A stretch of 64,000 bases of DNA from Paragordius varius (lineage: Eukaryota > Animalia > Nematomorpha). The stretch's first letter is position 1, and the number at the start of each line of letters is the position of its first letter. The DNA is taken from NCBI GenBank assembly GCA_964247055.1, contig OZ176054.1, positions 6,200,001-6,264,000 of the forward strand, in the 5' to 3' direction. The notes beneath the pieces were generated by a model. The model saw only the letters and a list, made by a program, of their open reading frames with translations, was not told where the DNA came from and made no database searches. Position numbers and translations under genes: made by a program. Positions 13,801 through 26,000 of the stretch are shown here, piece by piece.

Positions 13801-15798
13801 AAATGTTAAATGCGATATCCATCTAAAATCATTAGGATCAGATATATATAAATTTATGAATAAAGATAAATACCCCCATATTTGGAAAACCGCTGCATTA
13901 TTCAATTCTTTTTTTGGATCCACATATTTATGTGAATCGGCTTTTTCAATTATGAATGCTATCAAAACTAAACAGAGGTCACAATTAACTAATAAACATT
14001 TAGAATCATGTTTGAGAATTGCTTTGACTTCATTTGAACCTAATTTAGATAAACTTTCTGAATTTTTTCGCAGTCGGGCGTTTTAAATATTTTTTTCTTT
14101 ATTAAATATGGATGTTTATCGAGTTGTATTTTCGCTTAGGAAAAAGCCGATTTACTAAAAAATATGTGGATAGAATTAAAACTGATACAATTTTAATGTA
14201 CTCTTATTTATGTTCAAAATATGGTTCTAAATTGGAATGCTATTTTTTATTTCTTTTATTTTTTGTATCATAATGTATTCTCCCCTGTAATTTCAAATGC
14301 ATTGTTTAAATTTTTATATTGAAAAATTTCATATAATAGAAATTTAATAAATAAATAGAAGTGTTTTATGTTGGTTAAAAAATTAAGGTAGTTAATAACC
14401 CGTTGTCTTTTAATTAAAATTATTTTTGTATTTGGTTGATAGATAAAAAAATTACAATAAATGGTTTAAACAAGTCACTCTAATCTGTAAAGCAGGTATA
14501 TACATCATTTAAAGTGTTGATTGAGTTTTTTTGATAAATATTTCTGGGTGACCGCGAACTCTTTTTTTAACAAAAAAGCCAAAAAAAAAGCTCGCGACAA
14601 AAAAAGTGTGGCCACCCCTGATTTATAGTAACATAAAACAGCATTTCATTATCAATAATTTTGTTAATAAAATGTATTTTCTAATAGATGATAACAATTT
14701 TTTTTGGATACATATTTTAATTATTCTTCAATGGCGTATTTATAAAGCATACTTTTCTTTAGATATACCAGTTCCAGCATCTATATTAAGCCCCAAGGGA
14801 TCAGTGAAAAGTGTAGATGAATCTAACTTGGCCAATGGTTGATTTTTAGGAAAACCAACCGGTAAAAACGTTTTTGATTCATCAATCCAAAAAGCTGATG
14901 GTTGTAAAGGACCTTTAAACGAATATTAAAAAAAATGTTTATGTTTCAAAAAAAATTTGATGCCAAAACTAAACTAGGGTTCGGTAATACTATAAAATTA
15001 TGCTTTTAAGTTTTTTGCTAATTTAATAAGCTAATTTTACTCTATAGATCAGTGGATTCAAACCTCGGCCTTAAAAGTGCTTTATGGCCCTGAAATATTT
15101 ATAAAATTTTTATTATACTTATTATGAGTATAAATAGCCTAAAATGTGTCATCATTTATATGAGAAACGGCCCTTAAATCAAGAAAAATATTTTTTGCCG
15201 CCCTTCAAATCTTTTTGATAATTATACAACTGCTATAGAGTTCTAACTTATACTATAGAATTCAAATGTATAAATTGGGTAACAGTTATACAATAAAATA
15301 TGTTTTTTTATCACTATCAAATATAAAGGACAAACAATTTCATCAATCACCTAATTTTTACCGTTATAATTAGCCATAAAAATTCTTACATAAATACATA
15401 TATAAAACGAGATTGAATTAAAAGAATATATATAATATTCAAATTATTTTTAATTTCAATAATGAATCTATCAAATAATTACCGGGTGTTTCATAATAAC
15501 CACGGAATTGGACGGTACTTGTTCCAATACCCCCAGAAATGGTCGCAATAATTATGTCACCCTTACCCTGAATAAGTCCTGAGCGTGTTACCAATTTGGA
15601 TGAGGATATCCATTCCGTAAAAATGAGACAATCGACATCGCATATTTTAACACCTTTTACAATTTAATTAAAATTGATACAGTACAAATCCTTTTGGGAC
15701 TTTCCTAAATTCTCACCTCTTATAGTTATTTTGGTTCCAGGAGGTCCTTCCTTGGGTGAAATTCCTGTAACTAAGGGTAGCTTTGGCGCAGGTGCCAT
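2899..15798 (-). CDS. EXOC2: Exocyst complex component 2 (Sec5), ~25+ exons
   Basis: ATG at 15798: [32 protein letters not shown] (IPT/TIG domain). Downstream exons: [12 protein letters not shown] (~11757-11632), SFQELKKGL (~11398-11277), [28 protein letters not shown] (~10853-10706), [10 protein letters not shown] (~10293), [18 protein letters not shown] (~8050-7910), KENW (~6195), [10 protein letters not shown] (~4170), [16 protein letters not shown] (~3989-3848), AKLDTSCL (~3186), last exon ending TAA at 2899. All are collinear with metazoan Sec5. A few middle exons (8100-9350, 6800-7140) were not resolved. Confidence 0.92.
4325..4560. mobile_element. Same ~280-bp MITE family, EXOC2 intron
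   Basis: TTTACACTTCAAATTC..TTTTCGGGCT..TTTAAGGGTG..GTAAATGGTAT. Confidence 0.6.
5760..6073. mobile_element. Same ~280-bp MITE family, EXOC2 intron
   Basis: ACCATTTACAATTCAAATTTACCCTTGAACAATTC ... GAATTGTTTAAGGGTGAATTTGAAGTTTAAATGG inverted ends. Confidence 0.7.
11888..14620 (+). mobile_element. hAT DNA transposon (Buster/Charlie/SPIN-like, GTF2IRD2-type transposase), near-intact, in an EXOC2 intron
   Basis: TIRs CAGGGGTGGCCA / TGGCCACCCCTG, perfect 8-bp TSD ATTTATAG (11880-11887 and 14621-14628), subterminal GTGACCGC repeats, and an internal transposase at 12267-14086. Confidence 0.95.
12267..14086 (+). pseudogene. hAT transposase with a frameshift (~12790) and an in-frame TAA (13055-13057)
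   Basis: The three ORF-track pieces join into one hAT transposase: C2H2-like CLIC..RHY..H, QLDESTD, TTDGAP, DVRWLS, and C-terminal [10 protein letters not shown] dimerisation motif. The CxxH motif reads HCIIY. Confidence 0.9.
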
Positions 15799-15864
15799 AC
15801 TCTAATTATAAGATTTTTTAGAATTCTTTTAACACATGTTTTTGGAACGGATGAAATTTATTTG

Positions 15865-17938
15865 ATGGTACGGTTATCCAGCATGTATAAGGTAAAGCCA
15901 TATATTGATGAAATTTTGATTGAGGAGTGTAACATCATGTATAAAATTCAAAATGTATTGGGTATTCAAACAAATGACGACACTTCCTCATCAAAAGAAT
16001 TGGATAATCTTATAGTATTAATGGACAAATTAATTTTACAACAAAGTGACCTTTTATCTTTGTTTAAAAATCACTCTAATAGTGAAAATAAGTTGAAGAA
16101 ATTACAAAACACATTAAATTTAACTCTAGTCATAAATTTTAATTGTGAATTATTCTTGACCCTAATGTATTTACTACAATATTATTTAAAATTGAACCAA
16201 CATACTCATCAAATATATATTCATTCCTCCGTTAAAGCCCCATTTAACTTCGAATTTAACAAAGGTGATGGTACTCACGGTCATACAAATGTCTTAATAA
16301 TAGGTTTTTTTAATTTTTAAAATTTAGATTCTGGATCATGTCAATTATTTTTTGGCGATGAACTAATACCTATTGAAGAACCACTTCCCATCTTAAACTA
16401 TTTTAGCACCAAAATCCAACAAAATGTAAGTATTAATTTAATATTTTTATGCTAATTTGACCCATAAGAAATTTTTTAATTAGTGTTATGTTGGCAAGCA
16501 TATTAATGTCATACTTGTTGTTTGTGATTACCAATTTATTTTAATATTATTTTCGTTAACTCCACATTGTAAATTAGAGAATACATTTTTAAACCGTTTC
16601 ATAACTCTTTTATCTAACCTTGCAAAATTCTGAATCCAAAATACTTAAAACAATCCTTTTTGTACATCATCCTAAGGTCTATAATTTTAATCAATTTGAT
16701 CCCTATAAAATCCTCAAAATCACTGCTCTTGACCCCTTTCTAAGAGTAATAAGACTAGATTGGCTGGTCACATCCATCATAGACTATCGAGATAATTATA
16801 TCAACATAATGATGTCTTAGTCCAAACCAAGCCCAAAACCTGATAGGCCCCTTAAAAGCGGCCTCGGTACTATAGACCTAAAAATAGAAGCAATTGGAAA
16901 ACAACAATAAAAACTTAACTGAATTCAAATACTTTCAATTTTGATCAACTTTGATAGAATTATAGATAAGCTATAGCACTTTGTTCTCGAATTATCCTAA
17001 TGTTATTGCGTAACCAGTCGTATTCCACAAAAATTGTTCCATACTCATGTTATTAAATTTTGATTCAAAACATTTTAGATCGGACCAATGCCCTAGATTT
17101 GACTAAGCTCAAATAATTATTATTTTCTACCCTTTACCCACACAATTTATACTTTTTTGAATATGTCCATATCTACAGAATTTTTTGCGGCATGCTTTAT
17201 AAGTGCTTTGTTACCTATTATACTTGCATGTAAACACTTTCAATCTTTTTGGAAATCCCACCTTGGGTAAATATACTTATTAAAATGCCTTTCATTTCGA
17301 TTTAAGAGCCCATATTTATTTTATTTCACCTCGAATATCTTATCTGGCAAAGTTTATATTGAAAACGAGTATTGTCGGAGTATCCCTATGTCTTCATCTT
17401 ATAGTATATAAAGGGTTGTCACAGAGCCTAGTCATCTTGGTTTAACCAAAATTTTGCGAAGGCCCGCACTATAAAATATTTGATGTTTTGATAAAATACC
17501 GATAAAAAATCAAATTTATAGATTTTTTATATTAACCTTGAAAAATCAAATTGTTTTCACCATAATTGTATCTCATATCTATTATTTATCAAAATTTGAA
17601 AATAATTTAAAAAACATATATTGTATTAGATTTCATTGTCAATGGTTATCGAAAAGAGTTTCTTTGCCCTAAATTCTTTGTTGTTACGGTCGATGACGGG
17701 CCCCTTGCAGGAAATTACAAAATCCGAAAATTTATTTCAACATTTCCCAGCGTCTAAGAAAGAAACTGATAAAATTTTCATGAATGAAATTTCATCATAT
17801 TGTTTGTTGGAATTATGGAAAAATCCAAAATATGATTGGCTAAAAACACAGGAAATGGATAAATGGGCCAAAGAATTCACCAAAAATCATCCCAAATTTA
17901 TTGATTTTATTAATTGTCACCATGTTAACAACAAATAA
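15865..17938 (+). CDS. Candidate multi-exon gene of unknown product, head-to-head with EXOC2
   Basis: Long open frames at 15865-~16270 and 16328-16424 (followed by a GTAAGT donor), plausible internal exons at ~16680-16750 and ~17140-17268, and a last exon ~17631-17938 after a TAG acceptor (SMVIEKSFFALNSLL..YCLLELWKNPKYDWLK..). The full exon chain could not be closed and no family was recognised. Confidence 0.4.
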
Positions 17939-18060
17939 ATGTTTGATGAAATAAAAAATATTTATACGGGTTAAAATAATCAAAAGTTAACTAGATTTTT
18001 ATGCTATTAGTGTATTTAAAGATATAAAAAAACTTAAAATACCGTGATATCTATATATAT

Positions 18061-19130
18061 CAGGAGTGGCCGACCTTTTTTTCCCGCGAGCTACTTTCTT
18101 GGGGAAAATTCACACAGGCGCGCATGAATATTAAGTATAAAAAAATTCACTTTTAAATGATGCCAATATATATATATATATATATATATTTATGGATTGG
18201 GGTAACTACTACATGCCATTATTAAATTAATACTACGAAAAATAATTATTTTAATTAAATTTTATATACTAAATTATTTACAAATACATAAATTATATTG
18301 ATTCAGAATACCTCTGGTTGCCTCCAATCTAAACATTTACATTATTCATTTTATTGAATTTAAAATGGATAATTAACCGTACAACTTGCGACGAATTTTG
18401 ATTGTAGTAAAAAATGGTTTGTTGATTGGCAAGATCTTTATAATATACCAGATTTTATGGATTATTGCATACCAGGTTGTATATAATGGACATATGCTTC
18501 AAGATAATAAATTTCATCAAATCGTTAAGACCTTTCCGCAAAATTGTGCTCCTTATAGGGATAATTTTATTAATTCCTTAATATTCTTTTTGTCTTTACC
18601 ATTTTCAAACAGCACTTCAGGAGCTTTAATAAAAGCTTTTTTCTAAATATCTCCATCCTCAAAAAATTTCTTGTTTTATTAGCATTTCTGATATTTGTTA
18701 ATTAGCAATTAAGGTATTTGATTTTAGCTATATTTCACAATAAAATGTTTCTGTGTATTTAGTTGACTTTCAATAACTTGATTTTTGGATTCGAATATCT
18801 GAATTGTATTTTTGATGTTCATGTGAAGCGTAGTAAAATGTAGTTAAACATTTGTTTACGCAAAGCCACGTTGTGCATATCTAACAAGATTCATCATAGT
18901 ATAAAAAAACAGGGGTGGCCAAAGGTCGACTGCAGTCGATTTCGTGACCACCTGAAAATTTAAAAAAAAATATATTTTTGGCGAAAATAGCCTCAAAAAC
19001 ATATAAGTGAGCGAGTTTAAGGTTACAAAAGCCCCAAGCACAACAAATTTAAACAATGCTAACAAAAAATATTTATTTAACAATGATCTAACATAAAAAA
19101 ACATATGCAATTATTGGGTGAAACGTGCAA
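18061..19130 (-). mobile_element. Degenerate hAT remnant related to the 11888 element
   Basis: The end at 18061 (CAGGAGTGGCC..CGCGAGCT) matches the right end of the 11888 element. The minus strand encodes a decayed transposase piece (FEDGDI*KKAFIKAPEVLFEN vs [21 protein letters not shown]). A left-end-like CAGGGGTGGCCAA..GTGACC sits at 18910 in + orientation. Confidence 0.7.
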
Positions 19131-19329
19131 ATAAGCTTTATTTCAGACATCGGGTATATAAATAATAAAAAAGTCATTATAATTTTGTCCTTATAAGGTA
19201 ATGAGCTTTGACTTCAGTGCTTCATAGAATTTACAAAACTGTGCATTTATACCAATATATTGTTTACTGGTGTGAAGGCCCCAAATCGACGGCTAACGGA
19301 AAAAACCGCTATACTATAATTTTTAATTT

Positions 19330-21230
19330 ATAGGTATTATTTAAGGCTTTTATTGAACTCGTATGGGTTCTTAAGTTTTTTGAAAATTACTCCGAAACCA
19401 CGCCATCATTGTATGGCGTCTCGGTTTTTAACCGCTAGACCTCTACTCATAGACTTATGCGGAAAAAGCACTGAGTTAAGTTCTTTGCCTTTATCGGGCA
19501 AATATTTGGAATCATCTTTGATACCATGGTCTCATGGGTTATTCGAAAATACCTCAACACTAAATAATCGTTATATGATGGCGTATTTTTAGGGCATAAA
19601 GGCCCGCAATTAAAATAAAAAACGCCTGACTCTAATTACGGGTAATATTTCAAGCTTTTAATGAGCTCATATGGCTTCATAAATTTTCTGTAAATCAACT
19701 CCAAAACATGGCAATTTCTATATAGTGGCACAGTTTTTGTCGGGTAGCTCCCTACCCAAGAGCAGGTATAAAAAATGCGTTGGGCATAATTTTTGCCTTT
19801 ACATGGGGAATATCTGGAATTATCATGGATTTTATATGTTCCTATAAGTTCTTGGAAATATTGGTTTAAAACTATTATGGCGGCCCATTTTTTCAGGGCG
19901 TAAAACTTAGCGACCCATTAAAATAACGCCCTATACTAAAATATTTGTTTTTAAGGGGTAATACATATTTTAGGCCCTTATTAAACTCACATACTCACAT
20001 AGGCTTTTTAAAATTTGGCTCCAAAGGCATGTATCGATATGGGCACGCAGTTTTAAGCGGGTAGCCCCCTAACCAGGGGCAAAACAAAAAAAGCTTGATT
20101 AAAATTTTGCCTTAATTCGGGTAATACCTTGAATGATCGATTCCATATGCTCTCTTCAAATATTTTAAAAATTGGCTTAAACCCAAAAAGTCCTTCTATG
20201 GTGGCGAGGGAAAGGGCCTAATTAAAGGGAAATTTAATAAAACCGCTCTAATTAATATTTTGCTTTTTTAAGGGTAGTATTTCAAGCCCTTATTGAACTC
20301 ATATGGCTTGATAAGTTTTTTAAGATTTGCCTCCAAAGTCACGTTGTATCGATATGGTGGCGCAGTTGTAGGTGGGTAGCCTCCTACCCAGAGGCCAATA
20401 TAATAAATCGTTCGATAAAAATATTTGCTTTTATAGGGGAATACCTTAAATCATCATTCATAGCATATGTTCTTAATAGTCTCTGGAAGAATGTCTTCAA
20501 AACCAAATAATAGTTCAATTGTAGCACATTTTTTAGGACGTAAATGACTCAATTAACAGCTAATTAAAAAACCGCTCAACTTAAATTTTTTACTGGTTAT
20601 AATTCAGGCGTTTATTAAAATAAGACCAGATAAGTTTTCTGAAAATTGACTTCTAAACAACGCAAATTTGATATGCTGGCATAGTTTCGGACGTATATCT
20701 CCGTACCCAGAGGCTGATACAAATAAGCTCTATAATTTTTGCCTTTTTACGGAGAATACCTGGAATCATGGATTCCATAAGCTCTCAGTTTTTAGAAAAA
20801 GCTCAAAACTGAAAAATAATTTTATAGTAGCGCATTTTTCAGGGCGTGAAGGGTCTAATTAACGGCTAATATTAAAAAACCGCACCACTAAGTTTTTGTC
20901 TCGTTGCGGTTAATATTTTAAGCACCTATTGAATGGCCTGATCGGTTTTCTATTTAGCCCCAAAGGCAGCATATTTCGATATGACGGGAAGTTTTAGCGG
21001 GCATGTGTTTACTCAGCAGCCAATATAAAAAACGCACGACTAAAAATTTTCCCTTTTAACAGGGAATACCTGGATTCATTGAATTACAGTCTCATACCTT
21101 AGGAAGAAAATAGATTCAAAAATATTTTTGATGAGAATTTTTTTTAAAAAAATGGCATTTTACAGGGAGCGGGTAAAAATAGGGCCTAAATTGAAAAAGC
21201 GAGCCGACTATGTTTGGCGCAATGGAAAAA
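19330..21230. repeat. Diverged tandem array, ~315-bp period x ~6 (dimer of ~155-bp monomers), Helitron-related
   Basis: The motif GGTAATATTTCAAGC..TTATTGAACTC..TATGG recurs at ~19332, 19640, 19956, 20272, 20594 and 20907. A second similar sub-motif TTTTGCCTTT..GGGAATA..GAAT recurs at ~19490, 19790, 20105, 20428, 20738 and 21048. Confidence 0.8.
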
Positions 21231-22522
21231 AAGTAAATAAATATCATTCATTAATTAGAATATTTTTTGATTACAAAGCCAGCCTCTTCCATTCTTATAA
21301 AAATATAGATTAGCCAGTATGTTATTACAAAGAATAATTGACATTTTATTTATTATGAATTCGATTAGGTGAGACGATCTTGTATCCCAGAGATGGAAAA
21401 TTTTATGAATGCTATTGACCTAAATATACATATTAAATAAAATCAATAATTGATGCTAAAATGTAATTTAAAAGTTTTCAAAATTAATTATGCCAAAAAA
21501 TATTTTTACTTGTAGTATAGCGATTTGAAATTAAGAAATCCATGGTTGCTAAATTTTTTAGAGATGAGAATATTTTGCAATACAATCAAATCCGCACCTT
21601 AACATTTTTTACCTTTTTGGGGTAGTTTGATAACCAACGGCTATTTAAAATTTAATTTTGAACAATTAAAGGTTTTTGGGCCAAATTTAAAAATTACTTT
21701 AGTTAGCCTTTTATGACCATTCTTTTAAAAAATTTTAAAGCATTTTTAAAATAAATTCTCAACTCAAACACTTTCTTCGCAATTTCTTTATAGAATATAA
21801 ATAAATAGCTGATTCAACGGGAGACTAAATTTATATCATGGGTAAAAATGTTAATAATTATGTTTGCAAATATACAATTTAGTTATGTTTATTCTATGTT
21901 GTATTTTCTGTATCGTGTTTGGAAGCGCAAATCGGGACTCTGGATGTTATTAATATGTAAAAAAGTTTTATTATTTTTACAGAAACAATGTTTCCTAATT
22001 ATATTTTAATTAAAACAACTTTCAAAACATTAACCATAAATTAGCTCTGTGATCTAAAACGGCAAAATAAAATCTTAATTAGTAAAGAATCCATTTATTT
22101 AGATTTGATCCAATATCGTATATATTAACATTCGAATTTATTTCAAAAAATAATAATGTGTTAAAAAATATTTTGGTTAATGTGATACCATTCACTGTCT
22201 CGTTCCGAAACTAAAAGGGTAAATATGTTGATATTTTTTGTCAGATGTATAATAGACCATAGAGTTTTATTAAATACACTGAGTGAAAAACTTTAAATTT
22301 ATTATTTTATAGAAAGTGTTTTAAGTATGAATCTAATGCTGAGTGGGTATAAAAAAATGACATTGTTGTTTTTGATTTTTATTCTAAGAAAATATCAATA
22401 TCGCGCATCGTTTAGAATATAGCGTATTTCATTTGTGCAAAACCCATGAATTTCCTTTGCCTTCCTATCTTAAAGCACCTATTTTTTGCATTTGACTCAC
22501 TTTTATTATTAGTCTCATTTAA

Positions 22523-23017
22523 CACTTCGATTCAAATTGGGGTATATAAATACCTCAGACTAAATTTGAGTTAGGATTTTAAAAATCTATGAAGGAAACG
22601 GTCTCAATATAAATTTATGCTTCTATCCTAATAAAAATTATATAAATATGCCGAAATATCTAAATAATTTTTTTTTAAAAAAAGTTCCATGTCAAACTAC
22701 TTCATTTTTATTTTACAAAATTTTTGCAAAATATGTATTCATTTAATTTTAAGGGTTTAATTAAAATCTAATTTTTTTATATAAATTACATCTAACATTG
22801 GAAATAGAAAAAGCAGTTTTGTATTGTCTTTCAATTTCACCATTGCGCACATGTCACGCTGACTAAATTTTACCTTTCGATTTTAGCTTAAGCGAAAAAA
22901 TTTGCCATAGTTTCCATTCCTTCCATTTTTTAAAGAATTTAATTTTATATAGGCGTGGGGTATTTAACTACCCCAATTTGAATAGAAGGACTAAAATGAA
23001 TGTGTTGTATCCAAGTG
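22523..23017. mobile_element. ~490-bp TTAA-type (piggyBac-like by target site) MITE immediately upstream of DESI1
   Basis: TTAA|CACTT...AAGTG|TTGA ends, subterminal GGGGTA..TACCCC hairpins, and interior similarity to the copy at 54959-55442. Confidence 0.6.
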
Positions 23018-23033
23018 TTGAAATCTAAAACAT

Positions 23034-26000
23034 ATGTCCAATACAGTCAAATTGTATATATATGAATTATCCAAAGGAATGGCTAAATCCTTTTCTGCCA
23101 TGTTATTAGGTAATTTTTGTAAGTTATAATAGGAACACCAATTGATGGGATCTGGCATACATCGATCGTTATATTCGGATATGAATATTTTTATGGGAAA
23201 GGCGGGATTCAGCAATGTTATCCGGTACATTTGGCTTTAAATTAAATATTATGGTATTTTATAAAATCATTTGTAATAGGTTTAGGTTAAAAATGTAATG
23301 CAACTAAACCAGTTTTATGCGCTACTGATAATCGTATTCAGTTACTAAAATATAGCGAAACCCAGTTGCAAATAAAAAACGCTTTTTAATGCTATAACCA
23401 TTAATAAATAAAATTTTAAGTTTATTTGTTTTATAGAAAAAATAACACTAGACAACAACAAATTTTGACTTTTTTAACTGCCATTCTTGTAAATTTTAAA
23501 TTTATTTCATTAAAGCACAGAAATAGCATATAAAATAAATTGGTCTAACACCTAAAAATTTTTTTAATTAAGGTTTACCGATGATTTTTTGCCCCGATCA
23601 TTGAACTCGAAATTTTCAAAATTAAAAGTTTTAGATATATAGCCATGTATTTTATATCATTCGTAAGAGGACGATTAACTGTTACTTTCGAATGGTAGTT
23701 GGTCATTTTAATCAATCTGATGTAAATGTTATTTGGATTTATATGGTAATTAATAACCCTTAAAAAAGTCAAAAATTTACACGCAAACTAATTTAACAAT
23801 CATAATATTTATATATAATTCAGGGCTTGGAACCGGTTCAAAAAAATGTAACCGGAACCGCGTTGGTTTTTACGAATTTAAAAATAGAACCGGGCAGTTT
23901 CTGAAATTTTTGAACCGGAACCATAATGGTTCTTAAACAAGCCGAACCGGAACCCCGTTGGTTTATTAAAAATTTAGCGGTTCCGGAACCGGTTCTTTGC
24001 ATTTAGAACCGGTTCAATTTTTGGTTCCTGACTTTTGATTAAATGATTTTTTATAAAATTATTATAATAATAATCCAACCAAAATATTAACAATTATATA
24101 ATTGCCAAATGTATAGTGTAGCATAATAAATGAATCAAATTATAAAAATATAATAGGGAAATGTATAATTACAAAGGTATATAATGAGTGTTAAACTAAG
24201 TATGGCATCTAAAAATTCTATATTTAACTTTGAAAATTATTACACCAAGCAATACGCTGGTCAAACTGCTTCTCTGGTCTTTCTATATAAAAGTCAAAAA
24301 AAAATTTCAACGGGAACCTGCATGTACGAACATATATATTATAAATAAACTTGAATGACTATTAGTTTTTTTAGAACAGCCTAATCACCCAAAATTGAGA
24401 GGTGTCGCTAATATAATATTAGGCGCTTAGTTTTAGGTTTCAAATTTGACTTATTTAATATTTAGTGGTACAATCAAATTTAAATAATAAAATAAAATTT
24501 TTATAATAAAAATCATATGGGAACCAGTAATTAAGGGGGTTGAATAGTTCCTGAACGGTTAGAACCGCAACCGGGTTGGGTCCTACAAATTTATAGATAG
24601 AACCGGGGTGGTTCCCGGGGAAGCGGAACCGGACCCGCGTTGGTTCCATCCCAATGGAACCGGTTCTTGTTAAAATCCCAGGAACCGGGTTCCGGTTCCA
24701 TGCGGTTCCGGTTCCAAGCCCTGATATAGTTTTAAGGTAGGATCAGTAAAAAATAAAAAAAATCTTTTAAGCTTTTGGTTTGCTTTGAATATTATTATCA
24801 ATATTATTTTACCTAGGGGATATTAAATTGCATAGTTATGACTGTAAATTTATTACATAATCGTTAAAAAGATTGTTTTTTATCTTTAAATTTTGAAATT
24901 ATAAGCCGCTGAAAGAAAATAAATTAATGTTGACGAGATGTAATTATTTAAAAACTTAAAAATAACGGTTTTGAATGACAAAAGCAATATAGATGTGTTT
25001 TCAAGAAAACTTGTGTTATTTTTTTTGGAGTTTCAATGCCATCTACACAAAGTTTGAGCTATTTTAATCCATTAGTTTTAAAAATATATTAAGAATAAAG
25101 CTCTCGCTTCGCCCCTTTGTCGGTTCCTATGCCCAATATTAACTATCAATGTACAACATATTAGTATGCATTTTACAGAGTTTATATTACTCTTTCGAAT
25201 GATATAATATAAATAAGCATTTGTTTTTATTTTTATTGAAATTTTTATAAAGAAGGCGCATAAACACAAATTATACAAAATTATTTTGTGAAATTATAAT
25301 TTTTATTTCAGATTTACTGTTAAAATAATAGTAAATATCAGAAAATGCAAAAAGCTCGAACGGCAGAAAAATTTGTTGTCTAGTTTAACTATTACTCTGT
25401 TACCTTAGCTCTTGAAATAAATACATGAATAGTTATATGGATAAACGTTTTCCAAATACCCCATTAAAAGTTATTTATAAAATAAATACTAGTTTAATTT
25501 GAACATAAATATAAATATATTTGTGCCATCATACATTAATTTATAACATGCGATTTAAATTGTATATTTTTGCGTTTTGTTTTGTGGGCTTAAGTTTTTT
25601 TAATTATGAACTAAAATAATTGAAAATATTTTGTGATTAAGTTGTTTGTAAATTTTTATATATGTATTTGATTTATGTTTAATATTTATTCCTATTAGAT
25701 TAATGTTTGTTATTTAATTAAATATTGATTGAAGTTACAAAAAAAGTTATAGCCCATATATTCTATACATGTGGCAAGTTTCATAAAGCTACACCTTATA
25801 ATTTGGAATAAATTTCTAAATTAACATGTATAGGCAGGCGAGTGCTAAAGCTTACATGGATCCTATACTATCTTTCACGTTCCTATTTATCGTTTAAAAC
25901 TCGTTTCCCGTAATTTTTAAATAACAAATTTTATGTATAACCTTGGACAAAATTTTAGACTTTGGACACTTTCTAATTCACATTTTTTCACAATTATATT

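Noticed and set aside
21255-22230. Several small AG..GT-bounded minus-strand segments (e.g. SNHGFLNFKSLYYKMEEAGFVIKKY)
   Set aside because: No start or consistent exon chain could be built and no family was recognised; it may be chance in AT-rich DNA, though RNA-seq could revisit it.
22860-22915. Possible minus-strand first exon METMANFSLKLKSK with a GTAAAA donor
   Set aside because: It lies inside the TTAA-type MITE and no frame-consistent downstream exon was found.
23821-24723. Clustered GAACCG repeats resembling a repeat-spacer array
   Set aside because: Spacing is irregular and TIRs with an 8-bp TSD identify hAT subterminal repeats; there are no cas genes and the context is eukaryotic.
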